A DNA stretch of 64,000 nt from NCBI GenBank assembly GCA_907165135.1, contig OU015569.1, positions 496,001 to 560,000 of the forward strand. The letters run 5' to 3'. The number at the start of each line of letters is the position of its first letter. Position 1 is the first letter of the stretch. This DNA is from Oikopleura dioica (taxonomy: Eukaryota > Animalia > Chordata). Made by a program: the position numbers and the translations under genes. Under the pieces are notes generated by a model. The model was given only the letters and a program-made list of their open reading frames with translations. It did not search any database and was not told the origin of the DNA. This document shows positions 38,811 to 52,127 of the stretch, one piece after another.

Positions 38811-41006
38811 TCATTTTTGCTTGGAAGCTTGGACGGCGTCGAGCTCGGCCAAGTTGCGCGCGGCGTAGATCAGCTGGACGGCTGCGATTCCGCTCTTGAC
38901 GACGGCGATGGGGAGCGAGACGTAGACCAGGATTGGTACAAGGCCGTGGAAGTCCGTGAAGGCCCAGAAGTAGAGGGAGCTGAAAGATTTTTTGGAGCAA
39001 TTAAAATTGATGCCTCGTTGCAGCGATATCTTTCCATTTACGACCACTTTTTCTATAAAGGTCGATTTCTTTCCCCCTCTTCATGAAAACAAAAATAGAG
39101 AAAAAAGTTCAAATTTTCGTTGCTTATGGGGAAGTTTCTCCTTGTTGTCAACATATTGCTGAAACATGAAAACGATGAATATTAAATAACTGAAATGAAC
39201 GCAAAAGTCGAGAATTTCCAGGAATATCGCGCGACTTCAAATCTAAATAAACTGTTCTTCTGTATACAGATTATAACTGAAATGAAAGCAAAAGCTGTGT
39301 CTCGATGTAGTGGTACGAAATTGCGTACGTAAAATATTAATAAACTGTTCTTCTGTATCCGATATTTCTTTCGTGAACGAATTCTAATGTATCAACATGA
39401 GCAATCACCTGTAAAAAAGCTCGTTTCCAGCGCACATGAAAAAGAGAACGATTCGGTTGGTGTAGTAAATTCGCAGAATCGGGTTTGAATCGGGACCAAA
39501 GGCCTTGTGCGACGCCCGGCCGAGTTCTTGAACAGTGTGCATGTGCAGCCAGTGCGCCCAAATATCCAGCCCCATCGACAGTTGAAAGCTGCAACGCAAA
39601 GGTTGAAAGGGTGGTGGGGAATGAGGGTACTTACAGAATGCAGTACTTGGGGTAAAGAACGGAAAGGGCCATCAAGAGCATCGAAGTGGCAACCCGATCG
39701 GTGAGCATGTCCAGGATAGCGCCAAATTTCGAACACTGGTTGAGAATCCGAGCTGCGTGCCCATCGAAAGCGTCCAGCAGCGCACTTAACAATTTTAAGG
39801 GACCTGGGCGAGCAGCGCTGAGCGAAACTTCACCCGCTCGCCGTTTCTGTTAGAAATAAGATTTTTGAAATTTCTTTTTGTAAATTATATGTCCAAATCT
39901 TCAGCTTTCTGTTCCGATTCTAAGTTTTCTCTATCATTCTTGGTTGATGAGCTAGCGAGAAAGAGAAGCCCAACTTCAAAAGGCATCAAGTCTTGCAAAC
40001 TTTATTTTTCTTCATGAAACTAGCACCATTGAAAAGCGCGTTAAATTCTGAACAGATCCCACCCAATCAGCTTAAGTAAATCGGTACTCATTGGCGTGTA
40101 AGGCCAGATAAAGAAAACTACTTAGCGCGCGCAGCTGGTCGCGGCACGGCTGGACGCTCCGATTTAGCTATTTTGGGCTTCCTGGACATGATTCCCGCTG
40201 GGCGGGCGCTAAGTTATCTTGTTTATCTGACCTTACACGCCAATGAGTACCGATTTACTTTAGCTGATTGGGTGGGATCTGTTCAGAATTTAACGCGCTT
40301 TTCAATGGTGCTAGTTTCATGAAGAAAAATAAAGTTTGCAAGACTTGATGCCTTTTGAAGTTGGCCTTCTCTTTTCTCGCTAGCTCATCAACTAAGAATG
40401 ATAGAGAAAACTTAGAATCGGAACAGAAAGCTGAAGATTGGGAGATATAATTTTCAAAAAGAAACTTCAGAAAATCTTATTTCTAACAAGAACGGCGAGC
40501 GCGTGAAGTTTGGCTCAGCGCTGCTCGCCCAGGTCCCTTAAGCAACACTTCAATTTCTGACTAATTGTGACGCAACTAGACTTTCTTTGAATTAGCCAAA
40601 CTCAAATTCAAACAGGCAAAAGTGCGTCACGCAAATACTAAAAATGAAATGGAGCCATAAAAGCCTATTCGTCACGAGTGTAAATAAAGACTTTCTCCCC
40701 TTAGAATCCCTAGAATTCTGATTCTTTAGCGGCTTAAGTTTTCTCTTACTCGAAGCCGCAAAAATATCGCCGCTTTTCAATTTTCAGCAGTAATTTTAGT
40801 TTAGAAAGAATCAGAATTCTAGGGATTCTTTGGGATCTTTATTTAAAATCGAAAATAAGTAATGTAAAATAATACCTAGTCATGTAGAGCCCAGCAGTCG
40901 TCCATGGATCGTGGAGCATGAAGAAGAGCGATGCGAGGAGCAAAACGACCCGAGCGTAACCGATCAAGTTCGGAACATAGAGTAGAACTTGGCCCGTTGT
41001 CACCAT
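38811..41006 (-). CDS. CDIPT: Phosphatidylinositol synthase (CDP-diacylglycerol-inositol 3-phosphatidyltransferase)
   Basis: LYVPNLIGYARV, SALLDAFDGHAARILNQCSKFGAILDMLTDR (CDP-alcohol motif), NPILRIYYTNR...CAGNELFY, C-terminal AARNLAELDA. Confidence 0.93.
39799..40537. mobile_element. TTAA-flanked foldback element (Kolobok-like) with about 320-bp TIRs in CDIPT intron 1
   Basis: TTAA|GGGACCTGGGCGAGCAGCGCTGAGC ... GCTCAGCGCTGCTCGCCCAGGTCCC|TTAA; near-perfect long arms. Confidence 0.88.
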
Positions 41007-41349
41007 TTTCGACTTTCTGAAGTTAGAAATTGTTCAATCGCAAATCGGAAATAGCTGTTGTTCGTTTCGTTATTATTAGTAGTAGTGTTTTAAAAATCAT
41101 CAAAAGCGGGTTCATGCTACAGCCCTTTGCAATATGGAACCCCGGAGCCTGCGCGTGTTAGCAAGAAAATAAAAAAGAGAAACAATAATTTTTGAGGCAT
41201 GCTAAAATGACAATAATAAAAGAGTCTGAGTAAGTAGTAGAAAATGGCTTGGAATTCAAACAGGGCGCAATTTTAAGTAGGAGGACTATTTTTTTTCTTT
41301 GAGATAGGTACTGCCGTTTAGTGGTTGCTGTAGTAAGGTAGACGGTCCA

Positions 41350-41620
41350 CAAGTTAACGGGGAAACTACTTCTGGGAGGTGTCCATTTTAACGGATTTAT
41401 ATTCTCCAAGAGGGCCCCCTATTTACTGGATTTTCTAGCCCCAGGCTTGTTATGTAACAACATTTCAGAAAATCCGTTAATAAGGGGATCATAACGGATT
41501 TTCTGAAATGTTGCTAAATAACTAGCCTGGGGCTAGAAAATCCGTCAAATAGGGGACCTACTTGAATAGAATAGATTCCGTTAAAATGGCGACGTTCCAG
41601 AAATATTTTCACGTTAAAAT
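41350..41620. repeat. Imperfect palindromic (foldback) element
   Basis: CCCCTATTT...GGATTTTCTAGCCCCAGGCT...CATTTCAGAAAATCCGTTA mirrored by TAACGGATTTTCTGAAATG...AGCCTGGGGCTAGAAAATCC...AAATAGGGG. Confidence 0.65.
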
Positions 41621-42319
41621 GGTGAACATTTATTTTAGTCTTATCATGTTTTTTCTGAGTAGTTTTTTCTCTATTTTTTTCTTAATTTTTGGAATGGAAT
41701 AATTTTTTGTTCGATAACCGCCGCAATGGTTCGCTCAATCACTCAATGGGCGCAGCGCCAGCGGGTGGTCCAACCAACTAGAACGTTCCAGAAAAAGGAA
41801 GGAGCGGATTTTTTAAGGCACAGAGCTGGAAACTTCTAGCAAGAGTCGTAAATCGTAATTGAGGAATAAAATCGTTGAACTTGAGACTTCAAAAGTTAAA
41901 TTTTTAACTGCTCTTCGGAATTTTTCGTGGGTCGTAGAAATTATTGATGCTGCTTGATAGTGAGGAGTTAGTAAGGCTCGATAGTTTTTAATAAAAAATG
42001 TGGCTTCCAGTTTTTAAAGCGAATTTTTTTAAAAGTAGAAATTCAAAATTTCAACTTGAATTTCAAATAAAGCGAATTTCGAATGAAAAAAATGGACTTT
42101 GGCCGGTTTGGATTTTCGTCCAATTTTTTAATGAAAAAGTGGGAAAAAGAGCGAAATCAGGAAGATCGGCGGTGTACAGACAAATCATGGAAAAGTTTAT
42201 TTTTTGCCACTTTCTTGAGAGGGAAGTAGAATTAGAATGAATATTTTTTCGTTTCTTTCTTTTTTTCGTTTTTGGAGATTTGGTGAGATTCGTTCGGAGC
42301 GGCAGTGAAAGGAGGGAAG

Positions 42320-45300
42320 CTAGTTGCGCTCTTTCTTGAGCGCTTTGTTCTTGTTTTGGCTTTGCTGCATTTCGACGGCGTTTTTGCGCTGGATGAAGGC
42401 GCTCATTTCGTCTTCCAGCGCCTGGCGTCGCTCTTCCAGCCGCCGCTTGTCGTCCGTGTGTCGTTTTCGAAGAGTCTCGAACTTCTCGTGCAGCTGCTGC
42501 TCCGCCTCCTTCAGCTCGTTTTCCTTTTCTTTCACTCGCGCCACGAATGTCTGTTCGTGAAAATCAACAATTAAAAAAAGGACTTGTTTCGAAGATCTAC
42601 CTGTCTCATTTCGTCTTCTTTGTCTTGCATGTTGCGCTGGTGTTCGACTCGCTTGTTTTCGTAGACTTCTTGGAGCAGGGCTGCCCAATCGAATCGGAAT
42701 CCGATCGGAAATCCGATCCGATCGGAATCGGATCGGTAATCGGTCGGATCGGATGAGGAGATTTTAGTCATGTCCGATCGGGAAAATCGGTTCCGATCGG
42801 TAAAATCGGATCGGAATTTCCGATCGGAAAATTCGGATCCCCGTCGGATAGAACCACTAAAAAGCTACCAAAAATGGCGCCAGGGACTAAATTCACATAG
42901 GCCAAGGACTTAATTCACATAGGCCAGGGACTTAATTCACATAGGCCAAGGACTTAATTCACATAGGCCAGGGACTTAATTCACATAGGCCAGGGACTTT
43001 ATTCACATAGGCTTTTTGTAGACTTATTTTTCTTTATTCTGCTCCAAATTGGTGGAGGTGTGAGTCGAGATATTTCAATTCTCTCTTTTGCACCAAGTTG
43101 GGGAGGGTCTGTAGGGTGTTAAATAAGCTTTTGGTGTCAACACCATAACTGGCGGTGGAGTAATCAGCTCCTCAAAAATACACTAAAATCTTAGGAAAAA
43201 ATCTTGATGACGTCATTTATCCACCACCAACACTGGTGTTTGCGCCAAACATGTCAAGAATGTTTGATATTGATGTAAGGAACACCCCTTAGTGATGAAA
43301 TTGCAGATCTATAGGCTGTAAGCACTTTTCAATTTTATTATGTCCCCACGACCAGTCGGAAATTCCGGATTCAGGACGTCATTGCTCCACCACTAGTGAT
43401 GTTGAAGGCACCAAAAGCTTATTTAACACTACATGACACAAAAGAGAGAACTAAAAATTTTTGAATTTAACGCATGAACGCACGAAATTTTTTCCTGCTG
43501 AACGCATATTGCGCAGATTTCTGCGCAGCACCTTTAGAGCGCTCTAGCGACGATTGTGGTCGAGTTTTGAGAAAACCAAAGTTATCAAAATAAAGCTCAG
43601 ACGCTTGCAAACAAGCTCATAATAATTTAAAATCTTAACCCTAACCCGAACCTCACTAAAAATAGTGATTTCTAGAGTTCCCCGAAAATGAGCCAGTTTT
43701 GTGCATTTTTTTTTCTATTTCATTGATCTCAAATACAAATGTACAAAATAGATATTCTTGATAAAGTTTATGTTTGATTCGATGCATAAATGCGATAAAA
43801 CGTCTAAAAATATTTTTATCGAGGGATAAATTAGTGCAGAACTGTTGAAATGCTAACAAAAGATTTTTCGAGAATATCGGAAATTTTCGTTCTGAAGCCA
43901 AATTTTTATCCTGAAGTTAAAATTTTTTTTCGATGCCAGATTCGGATTCCTCATCGAAAAAGAGCTCCTAAAGTGGGGGTCCATTTAAAATTTTGGTCAA
44001 GTAAAATATGAGATATCGAGCTTTAAAGGGGCTCTGCGCAGAAATCTGCGCAATATGCGTTCAAGCGTTAAGGTAGTCAAAAGTGCTCCACCATTTTGCA
44101 GCAGTATAAAAACCTGTTTCTACTGTCGCCATGAACACTATTGAAAAAATTGCCACTTTTTGAAAATTGAAAATCTTCCTTGATTTTTCCGATCGGAAAA
44201 TTTTCCGATCGGACATGTTTTTCCGATCGGAATTGGAAAATCCGATCGGAATCGGTAATCGGATCGGAAATCGGTCGGATCGGATGAGGTTCGGATCGGA
44301 TCGGAATCGGATCGCCGAGACCAAGATTTCTTGTCCGATTGGGCAGCCCTGCTTGGAGGTTGAAATTGTTCGACTGAGCATCGTCGTTGAAGCCCATTTC
44401 TCGCAGTTTGTTGCGTCTGTGCAGCTAAAAACAAATGTCAATTTACTGACTGTAAGAGGATCAAGAGGACATTCAGGGACATTTAAAGACATCTGGCGAC
44501 ATTCACAGACATCTAGAAGAATCTCGAGACATCCTAAGACATCTTTAGACATCAATAGACGTCAATAGACATGATCTCTACTCTAGGAACATCCGTAAAC
44601 ATCTATAGACATCAATAGACATGGATAGGCATCCAGAGTTATCTAAAGACATCTTTGAGGATGTTTAAACATTCATAGAAGTCTGTGGACATCTGTAGAT
44701 ATCTAAGTTGCCATTGAGACATCGCCCGAGAACCCGGGGCGATCAATAGCGATCTCTTTTTGGAAAAGGTTTCGGAGGTCTAAGTTTTTCTTTAGCTACC
44801 TCGTAGTGCTTAGTGTGAGTAGTAGAGCGAAGATCTTCCAAGTTCGTTCTCAAGATCATTTCTCGGAGGTGCACGAAGTCGCAGTGGGCGTCGTTTTCAA
44901 CCTAAAAATCGAAGATGAAAGGAATAAGACCCAGAAAAGAGGGACTCACCTGCACTGTGCCCCAAGGATACTGTCTTGCGCGGACCATTCTGTTTCCGAC
45001 TTTGATTTCGTCCATAGATCCAACCACGGCGAAGGGCAAGAGACTGTTCATTTTCGCGTTTAGCGCAGAAACTGACTGGTCGTCTAGAATTCATTTTAGC
45101 CCGGCTTGATAGCAAGGAAGAGATAAAAACGCTCAACAATCAACGATAAAGGAATAAATAAGATAATAATAAAACATCAAACGTTTAATCTTTTGCGACT
45201 AAAAGTTGTGCCCCGAACACTGAAAACATTCAAGTTTTACGCTGTGTCTTTTTGCTTTGCGGCGTGATTCTTTGCCGTCTGTTATTTTGTCAAGGAAACT

Positions 45301-47307
45301 CGCCAAAGAGTCGTTGACAGGCTCCTCTACTAGTTGGTTAGTCAAGAAAATCTCAAGTTCTGTGCTACAGGCCTTCCAGAAGATTGACGACTGAAAAACA
45401 AGACATGACCTGGGCTTGAGCCTGAAGGAACCTGTGTGGAAACCTGAGTCAGGTTCTCGAAAGAACTATAATGAAAATAGATTGAATCGGTGAAACCTGA
45501 CTCAGGTTTCCTACACAGGTCAGGATCCTGAAAGAACTTCAATAAGAAGCTGATTTTTAGCTGTTAGATCTTTCATAATCCTGACTCAGGTTTCTACACA
45601 GGTTTTAGGGCCAAGGAGATGACCTAATATAGTCGACAGTGTTGTGGAAAGTCTGTGGTAATAATAATAAATGGGTGCTGGTGCGCAACTGGTCGACAAG
45701 ACACTGAAACAGGCAGTAGAAAACTACAGTTACAGTACTACTGTACAACAGTTGCTGGTGACATGCAGATAACTGATTTCAAAGATTCCGTAAATGAACA
45801 TACCAATAAACATCCAGTGCCCTGGATTACGCTCTTCTGCAATTCAAAAATTAATAATTTCCAGTTTTTAATTAATCGAAATTTTTAAACCCAGCTAGCG
45901 TTGAATCGTTTCGAACTGACGCTGAGCTGAGTTAATCAAAATAATAAAATTGATAAAGTAAATTTCTGTCTGGCGGCATAAATGGTCGCATACCTGTGGG
46001 GAACTGATAAGTCTGGATTCCCGCGCTCAGCAACTCAGACATGATCTTGAACTTGAATTGTTGGAGCTCTTCTTTTGAGATGGTGTCCGACTTGGCGATG
46101 ACGGGGATGATGTTTACTGAAATACAGTTGGTTATTTTTATGTACAGTAATTTATACATCTAGGGACATTTAGAGCTATCTTTAGACATCTGTAACATTT
46201 TAAGAAGTCATAAGACATCCAGGTACATCAAGTGACATTTCGACACATTACTAGACATCTTAAGACATCTGTAAACATTTGTAAGCCTCAATAGACATCT
46301 AGGTACACGGAATAATGAAAAGTCGATCAAGTGATTCAAAACTAACTCGCGCTAGGAGTACCTTTTTCGACGAGTTCTTTCATTGTGACAAGATCGAGCG
46401 ATTTGAGCGAGTGACCAGTAGGAGCGATAAAGTAGAGACAGGCGTGGATTCGACTTGGAAAAAAGGGTTGAAAAAGAAGAGCCAAGAAAATGGGAGCTAC
46501 CTGTCATTGTAGTCGTGGAGGTTTCGCTTGACCTTGAGCTCTTCCTGGAGGTAGGCCTCGAACTGTTGGTCGATGTAATCAACGATCGGCCTGTAAGAGT
46601 TCTCTTTGTTCACTTGATCGCCAAAACCTACAGTGTCAACGATTGTCAGCTTCAGACGGACGTTTGTTTCCTTTTTCGGTCTCTTTGATCTCTCCCTTTC
46701 ACAAATTAATTGGAGCTCCCCCAACTCGCCTCGTTAGAACAAACTCTTTCTATTCTTAGAAAGAAAGAAGCGTTGAAGACCGTTCCTGAAGCTCGTAAGA
46801 GTTGGCGCGCAGTCGGACGCCGGGAAGATCGTGTGGTCGTGGATCGTCGTCGAAGGAAGTGTTGAACAAAGTATTCATAAGCGTCGATTTACCTAGATTC
46901 AAATTAGTTTTCTGTTGCTTTAGATATTTCTAGACGTTTCTAGACATCGCTAGACAATTCTAGACATTTGTAGACATTTGAAATGTCACATTTCTAGACA
47001 TCCAGAAAGATCTAAAAGCCTTCCTTCGATTGGGTTATTTTCGATCAGCTTTTTGATTGGTCAATCAATTTGAACCAATATGGGGCTGGATGGAAGACAT
47101 CGTTGTCGAAAGAACTCGCTGTAGGGTGGGTGAAGGGAGTTGTATCTTACCGATTCCTGTCTCTCCGATGCAAAGAATATTGAAGCAGAATCCATTGTTG
47201 GTGGCTTTGTTGACGACCTGGTCGGGGAGGGAGTCGAATCCGACGTGGCCATTTGGCGTCGCCTCTCTCAGAGGCCCCTGGTAGCGATCAACGTCAATGT
47301 CTGCCAT
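42320..47307 (-). CDS. Septin, SEPT6/8/10/11 group
   Basis: [82 protein letters not shown]-terminal coiled coil. Confidence 0.95.
42676..44351. mobile_element. 1676-bp non-autonomous hAT-like element forming a septin intron; contains nested repeats
   Basis: 16-bp TIR CAGGGCTGCCCAATCG; TSD CTTGGAG (42669-42675 / 44352-44358); subterminal (ATCGG)n arrays; nested inverted repeats at about 43102-43425 and 43495-44065. Confidence 0.9.
42880..43011 (+). repeat. 22-bp tandem minisatellite, 6 copies
   Basis: Unit CCA(G/A)GGACTTAATTCACATAGG. Confidence 0.9.
44455..47010 (+). repeat. Three blocks of a 10-bp-period (T)AGACATC repeat in three septin introns (about 44455-44725, 46160-46305, 46920-47010)
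   Basis: GACAT/ACAT core recurs every 10 nt with variable flanks, always in the same orientation. Confidence 0.8.
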
Positions 47308-48164
47308 CCCGGAACTCAAAATCTGAAAAGCGCGAAATTGCTTATTGAAAATAAAAAAGAACTCTCTTCGTTGATGCCCGTTTCTCTCAAGTCTGTCAAG
47401 CCAGCGTAGTTTTGGGCACACAATCACTTTTTCACTCAAGCCGAAAAAAGGAGCTCATTCGCGCTGATTGAAAAGGAATGTTTAGCGCGTGCGCGAGTGC
47501 GCCTTTGCTTATCAAGGACTACTCAGCCGCGAACTGCCGCGAAATCCGTAAAAAGCATAAGCTACCCTCTCTGAAGCCACCCTGCGGCAAAACAAACGAA
47601 GACAGTTTTGGCTTTTATCCATATTTTCATTTTACCAATTTCAGAAGTAGTAGTATTTTTTTAAGAAGAGTAGTAAGATCTCTTTAGGGCAAAAGATGAC
47701 TTTCTCTCTCCCTGGCTGGCTCGTTAAAGAACTTAAAAAGGTGAGAAGCATAACAATAATTATATATGAGTTATCTCTACCGGCGGTGTCAAACAAGATG
47801 ATTGCTCCGGGGCTGCAGCTGGGGATCACTTGCTTCCCACACAGCCTATTTTCAAAAAAGAAAGTAAATCTACCCTCAACTCTCCACTTTAAAAAACGGA
47901 TCATCCCTTCATCCAACAAAATTTTCTCACAACAAACTCAAACAACCAAAAATACCCGCAATGGGAGCCATCTAGCTAGCTCTCTCATAATTCAATTTTA
48001 AAAATAAAATCGAAAAAAAAGCAATTCAAAAGCTCCTGGTGAAGGAAGCAATAAAAATGCATGATTCTCCCACTCATTATCGTCTATTGCCAATCGTAAT
48101 CAAGCTAAACTCACTCACAAAGGGATGATTAATTAAAAGCTGTTTTTAACGGAAAAGTTTGAGT

Positions 48165-48470
48165 CTTGAAATTTTATTTTTTTATTAAAAATTATTAATT
48201 GATCAACTACCAATTTGAGTCGATTCAATGAAACAGTCATTATATATGATTCAAATTGGTCATTAATAAATCAATAATTTTAAGTATAAAATAATAATAT
48301 TTTCAAAAGTTAAGTTCGCTTTCTTCGAGTTTTGAAATTATTATTTTAATAATTTAAATTATTGATTTTTTAATTATCAATTTGAATCTTATCTAATGAT
48401 TGTTTCATTAAATTGACTCAAATTAGTAGTTGATCAATTAATAATTTTTTATAAAATAAATAATTGTTTC
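48165..48470. repeat. AT-rich foldback element
   Basis: AAAAATTATTAATTGATCAACTACCAATTTGAGTC ... GACTCAAATTAGTAGTTGATCAATTAATAATTTTT arms. Confidence 0.7.
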
Positions 48471-48999
48471 ATAAATCAAATTTTCCAATTTAAAAAAATC
48501 AACTGGTAGTTAATCATTCTTTTTTTGTGCGAGTGAATTTAGCTTGATCAAAATAGTCAGAATCATTTCAAAAGAAAAGGCTGTTCGGTACCTGCAAGTT
48601 GACGTGACCCATGGCGTCAAGTCGTTCAACGCGCGGGCTCGTCGGACTGGGCCGAGACTTTGGACTATCTCGCGATTTCGGCATTGCAAAAGTGCCAAAG
48701 CAAAAGATATAATTTGGATTCAAGTATCAGAAAGTATGAAAGTGATTATTGCCAGACAGAATGAAGCGATCTGTAGAGGCCAGCCGGGAGCCCTGGGGCA
48801 GGCCGAGTACAACAAAAAAAAAACGCTGCTCAGCTCATTCCAAAGGCTAAATCCCTCCCCCACTCGTCTCAACCTTCTTCTGTTTCTACTCAATCAGAAA
48901 ACCAGGCAAAAAAAAAAAATTTGAATAAATACCTGAACCGGTTGACCAGAAGCCAGTGAGATCCCTACACTGGGATCGTCTGAGTACTCCTGCGCTATC

Positions 49000-49163
49000 T
49001 CGGGTCGGCAACCTGTGTTAAAACCTGAGTCAGGGTTCTGAAAGAGCTTAAATATATAGCCACGAAAATGACAACCTCATAGGTTTCCTTTGAAGCCGCG
49101 GCTATTCATTAAAGCTCTTTCAGAACCCTGACTCAGGTTTCTACACAGGTTGCCGAGCCCAAG
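49000..49163. mobile_element. MITE copy interrupting a putative minus-strand exon
   Basis: TSD GCGCTATC (48992) / TCGCTATC (49164); minus-strand flanks read MSIPSKYYSLGVTEVLSDVQIA | QEYSDDPSVGISLASGQPVQ then GT. Confidence 0.65.
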
Positions 49164-49683
49164 TCGCTATCTGCACATCAGAAAGCACTTCAGTAACTCC
49201 AAGACTGTAATACTTCGAGGGAATGCTCATTCTTTCTTTATCTTTCTCCTCCCAACCCAAAACCCGGTCCAAACAACAAAAAGAAGAGAAACTAGAAACT
49301 TTTCTTTTTTCATGAAATAAGTGAATTTATTTTCTATTGAGCACTGTCGAGCACGAGAACAATAAATAAACCGACCGTGATTATTACTTTTTGGTGAAGC
49401 CCGCATTTTTGTTGAAGCAAAAATCGAAATATGAAATTTTTGAAATGGTAAAATCAGAAAAGTCGCTCTTTGGAAAAAAAAAGAATAAAAATTTTTCAGT
49501 AAGATTTTTTCTCAACACAACAACAGTATTCAATTGTACAGTAATGTAAATGCGATCTTCAAATTCTACAAAATGGAACAAGTGGAAAATTTTTATTTTC
49601 TTCGTTGTTTTCAGGATCGTTTTTCAGGATCAATTTTTTCTTTTTTTATTCTTCATGCCTCCGAGTCTGGATTGTTGTTGTTT

Positions 49684-52127
49684 TCAAGAGGAAGGGATTC
49701 GCCAGCTGTCGCTTTTTTCGCACATTGGCGCCTTTTGCCTTTTTCGCATCTTCCGACTCAGCACCGATTCCGGGTCAGTGTCGCACAAGCCAAAGTCGCA
49801 TTCCGACGCTTCTGACTCTTCTGCTTCCTCTTCTTCGGCTTCTGAAACAAACGTTAACTATTGGCTTCATTTCTGGTTGAAAAGTAACGACCCGCGAAAA
49901 AAGAAATGTCACCCTTCAAGAAAAATACGATTCTTTGAAGAATTAGAATAGTAAAAAATTGATTTACGGGAGAATGTGACCAAGTTGAGTTTGCGATCAG
50001 TCAGCGTCGAAAGCAGCAGGTCTTGGAAAAAGACGCCTTTCTCGTGCGACTCGTCGTTCGAAGAGTCTTCTTCTTCAGATAGATTGTCCAGCAGGAGTGA
50101 AGTGGGGACGGCCTGGCTTTGCTAAAACAAGATGGTTATTTGATTGAGCTACTGATTGAGAAACTGACTTCCCCAACCTGTGTCGAAACCTGAGTCAGGG
50201 CCCAGACTAACGACGCGACTTTTCATCATAGCTCTTTCAGGACCCTGACTCAGGATTTTACACAGGTGCTCTTTTCCATTGATTTGATTCTCCTTCTCGC
50301 TATGGGCCCAGAAACCTGAGTCATGGACCTGAAAGAGCTATTGTGAAAAGCAAGGCCCCTGACTCAGATTTCTACGCAGGTTTCTGAACCCACATGAGAG
50401 AGGGAGAATCAAATCAATGGAAACGAGCACCGAAGCTTCTTCTTTTCAACTTACAACTTTATTATTTTGAGCGTTGAGCGCGTTGCTTGCCTTCGATGGC
50501 GTCGCAGCTCGTTCCGTTCGGTTGCTGGTGTTTCTCCTTGTTATATCCATTATCAAGTTGCGAATGGCCGGGTCGTCGATCATAGGATTCAGTCCTAAAC
50601 AAGCGCTGTTAGCAGCTCGCTCAGAACATAACTGATTCTCCCCTGTTCTGTTATTTTTGAAGAGGAAAGAATCTAGAAAGTGGAAAAGATAAAATGAGTA
50701 GAGTTGGTAATAAATGACGAGTTAAATTGTAAATGATCTTACAAATTTCAAAAAGGCCGAATGCTTGTTCGATCCAATCGGTCTTCAACTGTCTTTTTCG
50801 TCTCTTTACGAATCAGTCAAGACTTACCTGTGAGGTCAATGATCTCGCGATTGCTGACAAGGTCCATGATGGGGATCGCACTGCTCCTTAGATTCCTGTT
50901 CGGCCTGCTTCCGCCTCGCGACGATCGAATAATCGACCTGACGTTTCTCGCAGATCGAAACGGCTTTTCAAGGTTAAAAAAGTTGCCCCTCCTTGATCCT
51001 TCTTTTCGCCAAAGCTTAAACTCTCTGCTCAAACTTTTCAAGCGCGCTCGCTCTAAATTCTCCATAATTTCGCGAAAAAAGCTCTAAACAGATGACGACT
51101 GTGACTCTCTCTCCGCGTGGGATGAAAAAAAACTGGGTGGCGCGCCGCGAAAAACAACCAATTTCGCCGCCCGAACCAGTTTTTTTTTCAAAAATCGAAC
51201 TATTTTTTCCATTTTTAAAAAAGCGAATAATCAGATAATCAAAAATAAGAACCTATGCAAAAAGAAAACCTGACTCAGGGCCCTGAATTTGATGAAATTA
51301 TTCAGAATTCTGACTCAGGTTTCCTACACAGGTTTCCGAGCTCAGACGAATAGGTATTTCCTTAAGAAAAAGTCTCCAATCAAAACTTTGGAATTTTTCC
51401 TCTATGTCTTCAATTTTTAACCTGTTCCTGGACATGGTCGATTTCGAGGTGATTTAACAAATTGTCGGTCATGTGATTTGGTTCGCTTGAAGAAGTAACC
51501 GCGCAGACTGGACAAAGGACGTCTTTCACTTCGCCACGGTGAACTGTTCTGAAGAAAGAAGCTAGAAAAAAGGGGCAAAGAAGCGGGGAACTCACGAAAT
51601 GTGTGAAGCCAGGTCAGAACTCCTGAAGCCGAAATGGCCGCAAAAGGGACAAGTATAACAATCGGGGTCGGAATCCCCTCTGTGGTACAAGTTCGAGTCG
51701 TGGTGCGTCAGTATACTCTGCAATGGGCGGTTTTAAAAACGGGCGCTGGCGTTTCATTTCTACCTGCATGGGGTGGTCGGGCCGGTGGTTGCTTGTCGAC
51801 GCGCTTCGGGAATAACAACGCTCGCACAAGTCATAGTCGTGGCAAATTAAACATTTATACCGGATACCCTGAATTATATTTTATCATTTGATCGTTTAGG
51901 GGTGACAATGGTAGGCGATTTGCTTCTAGGGGGCCCCCAGAAACCTACTCAGCGAGATTTTCTTCTAGAAGGGAGAGGGGGGGGGGGGTTGTTCGATACC
52001 CCCTTTCTCTGGGTTTCGAAGGGACCCCCTTCTAACATCAAATTTTTTAACACGAAATCGGTGAAATACTCACTTCAAAGTTATTTTGAAGACAATTATC
52101 GCAGGAAACAGATTCATGCCTTGACAT
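49684..52127 (-). CDS. KCMF1: E3 ubiquitin ligase KCMF1 (ZZ + Di19/C2H2 zinc fingers)
   Basis: [37 protein letters not shown]...HRPDHPMQ, TCPFCG, LCPVCAVTSSSEPNHMTDNLLNHL, FFQDLLLSTL; last exon inferred. Confidence 0.92.

Noticed and set aside
45235-45830. Exon-like open segments inside a septin intron
   Set aside because: Phase is incompatible with the host intron or they end in stops, and no homology was recognised
51680-51715. B-box-like AGTTCGAGTC suggesting a tRNA or SINE
   Set aside because: Lies antisense within a KCMF1 coding exon and has no A box or cloverleaf
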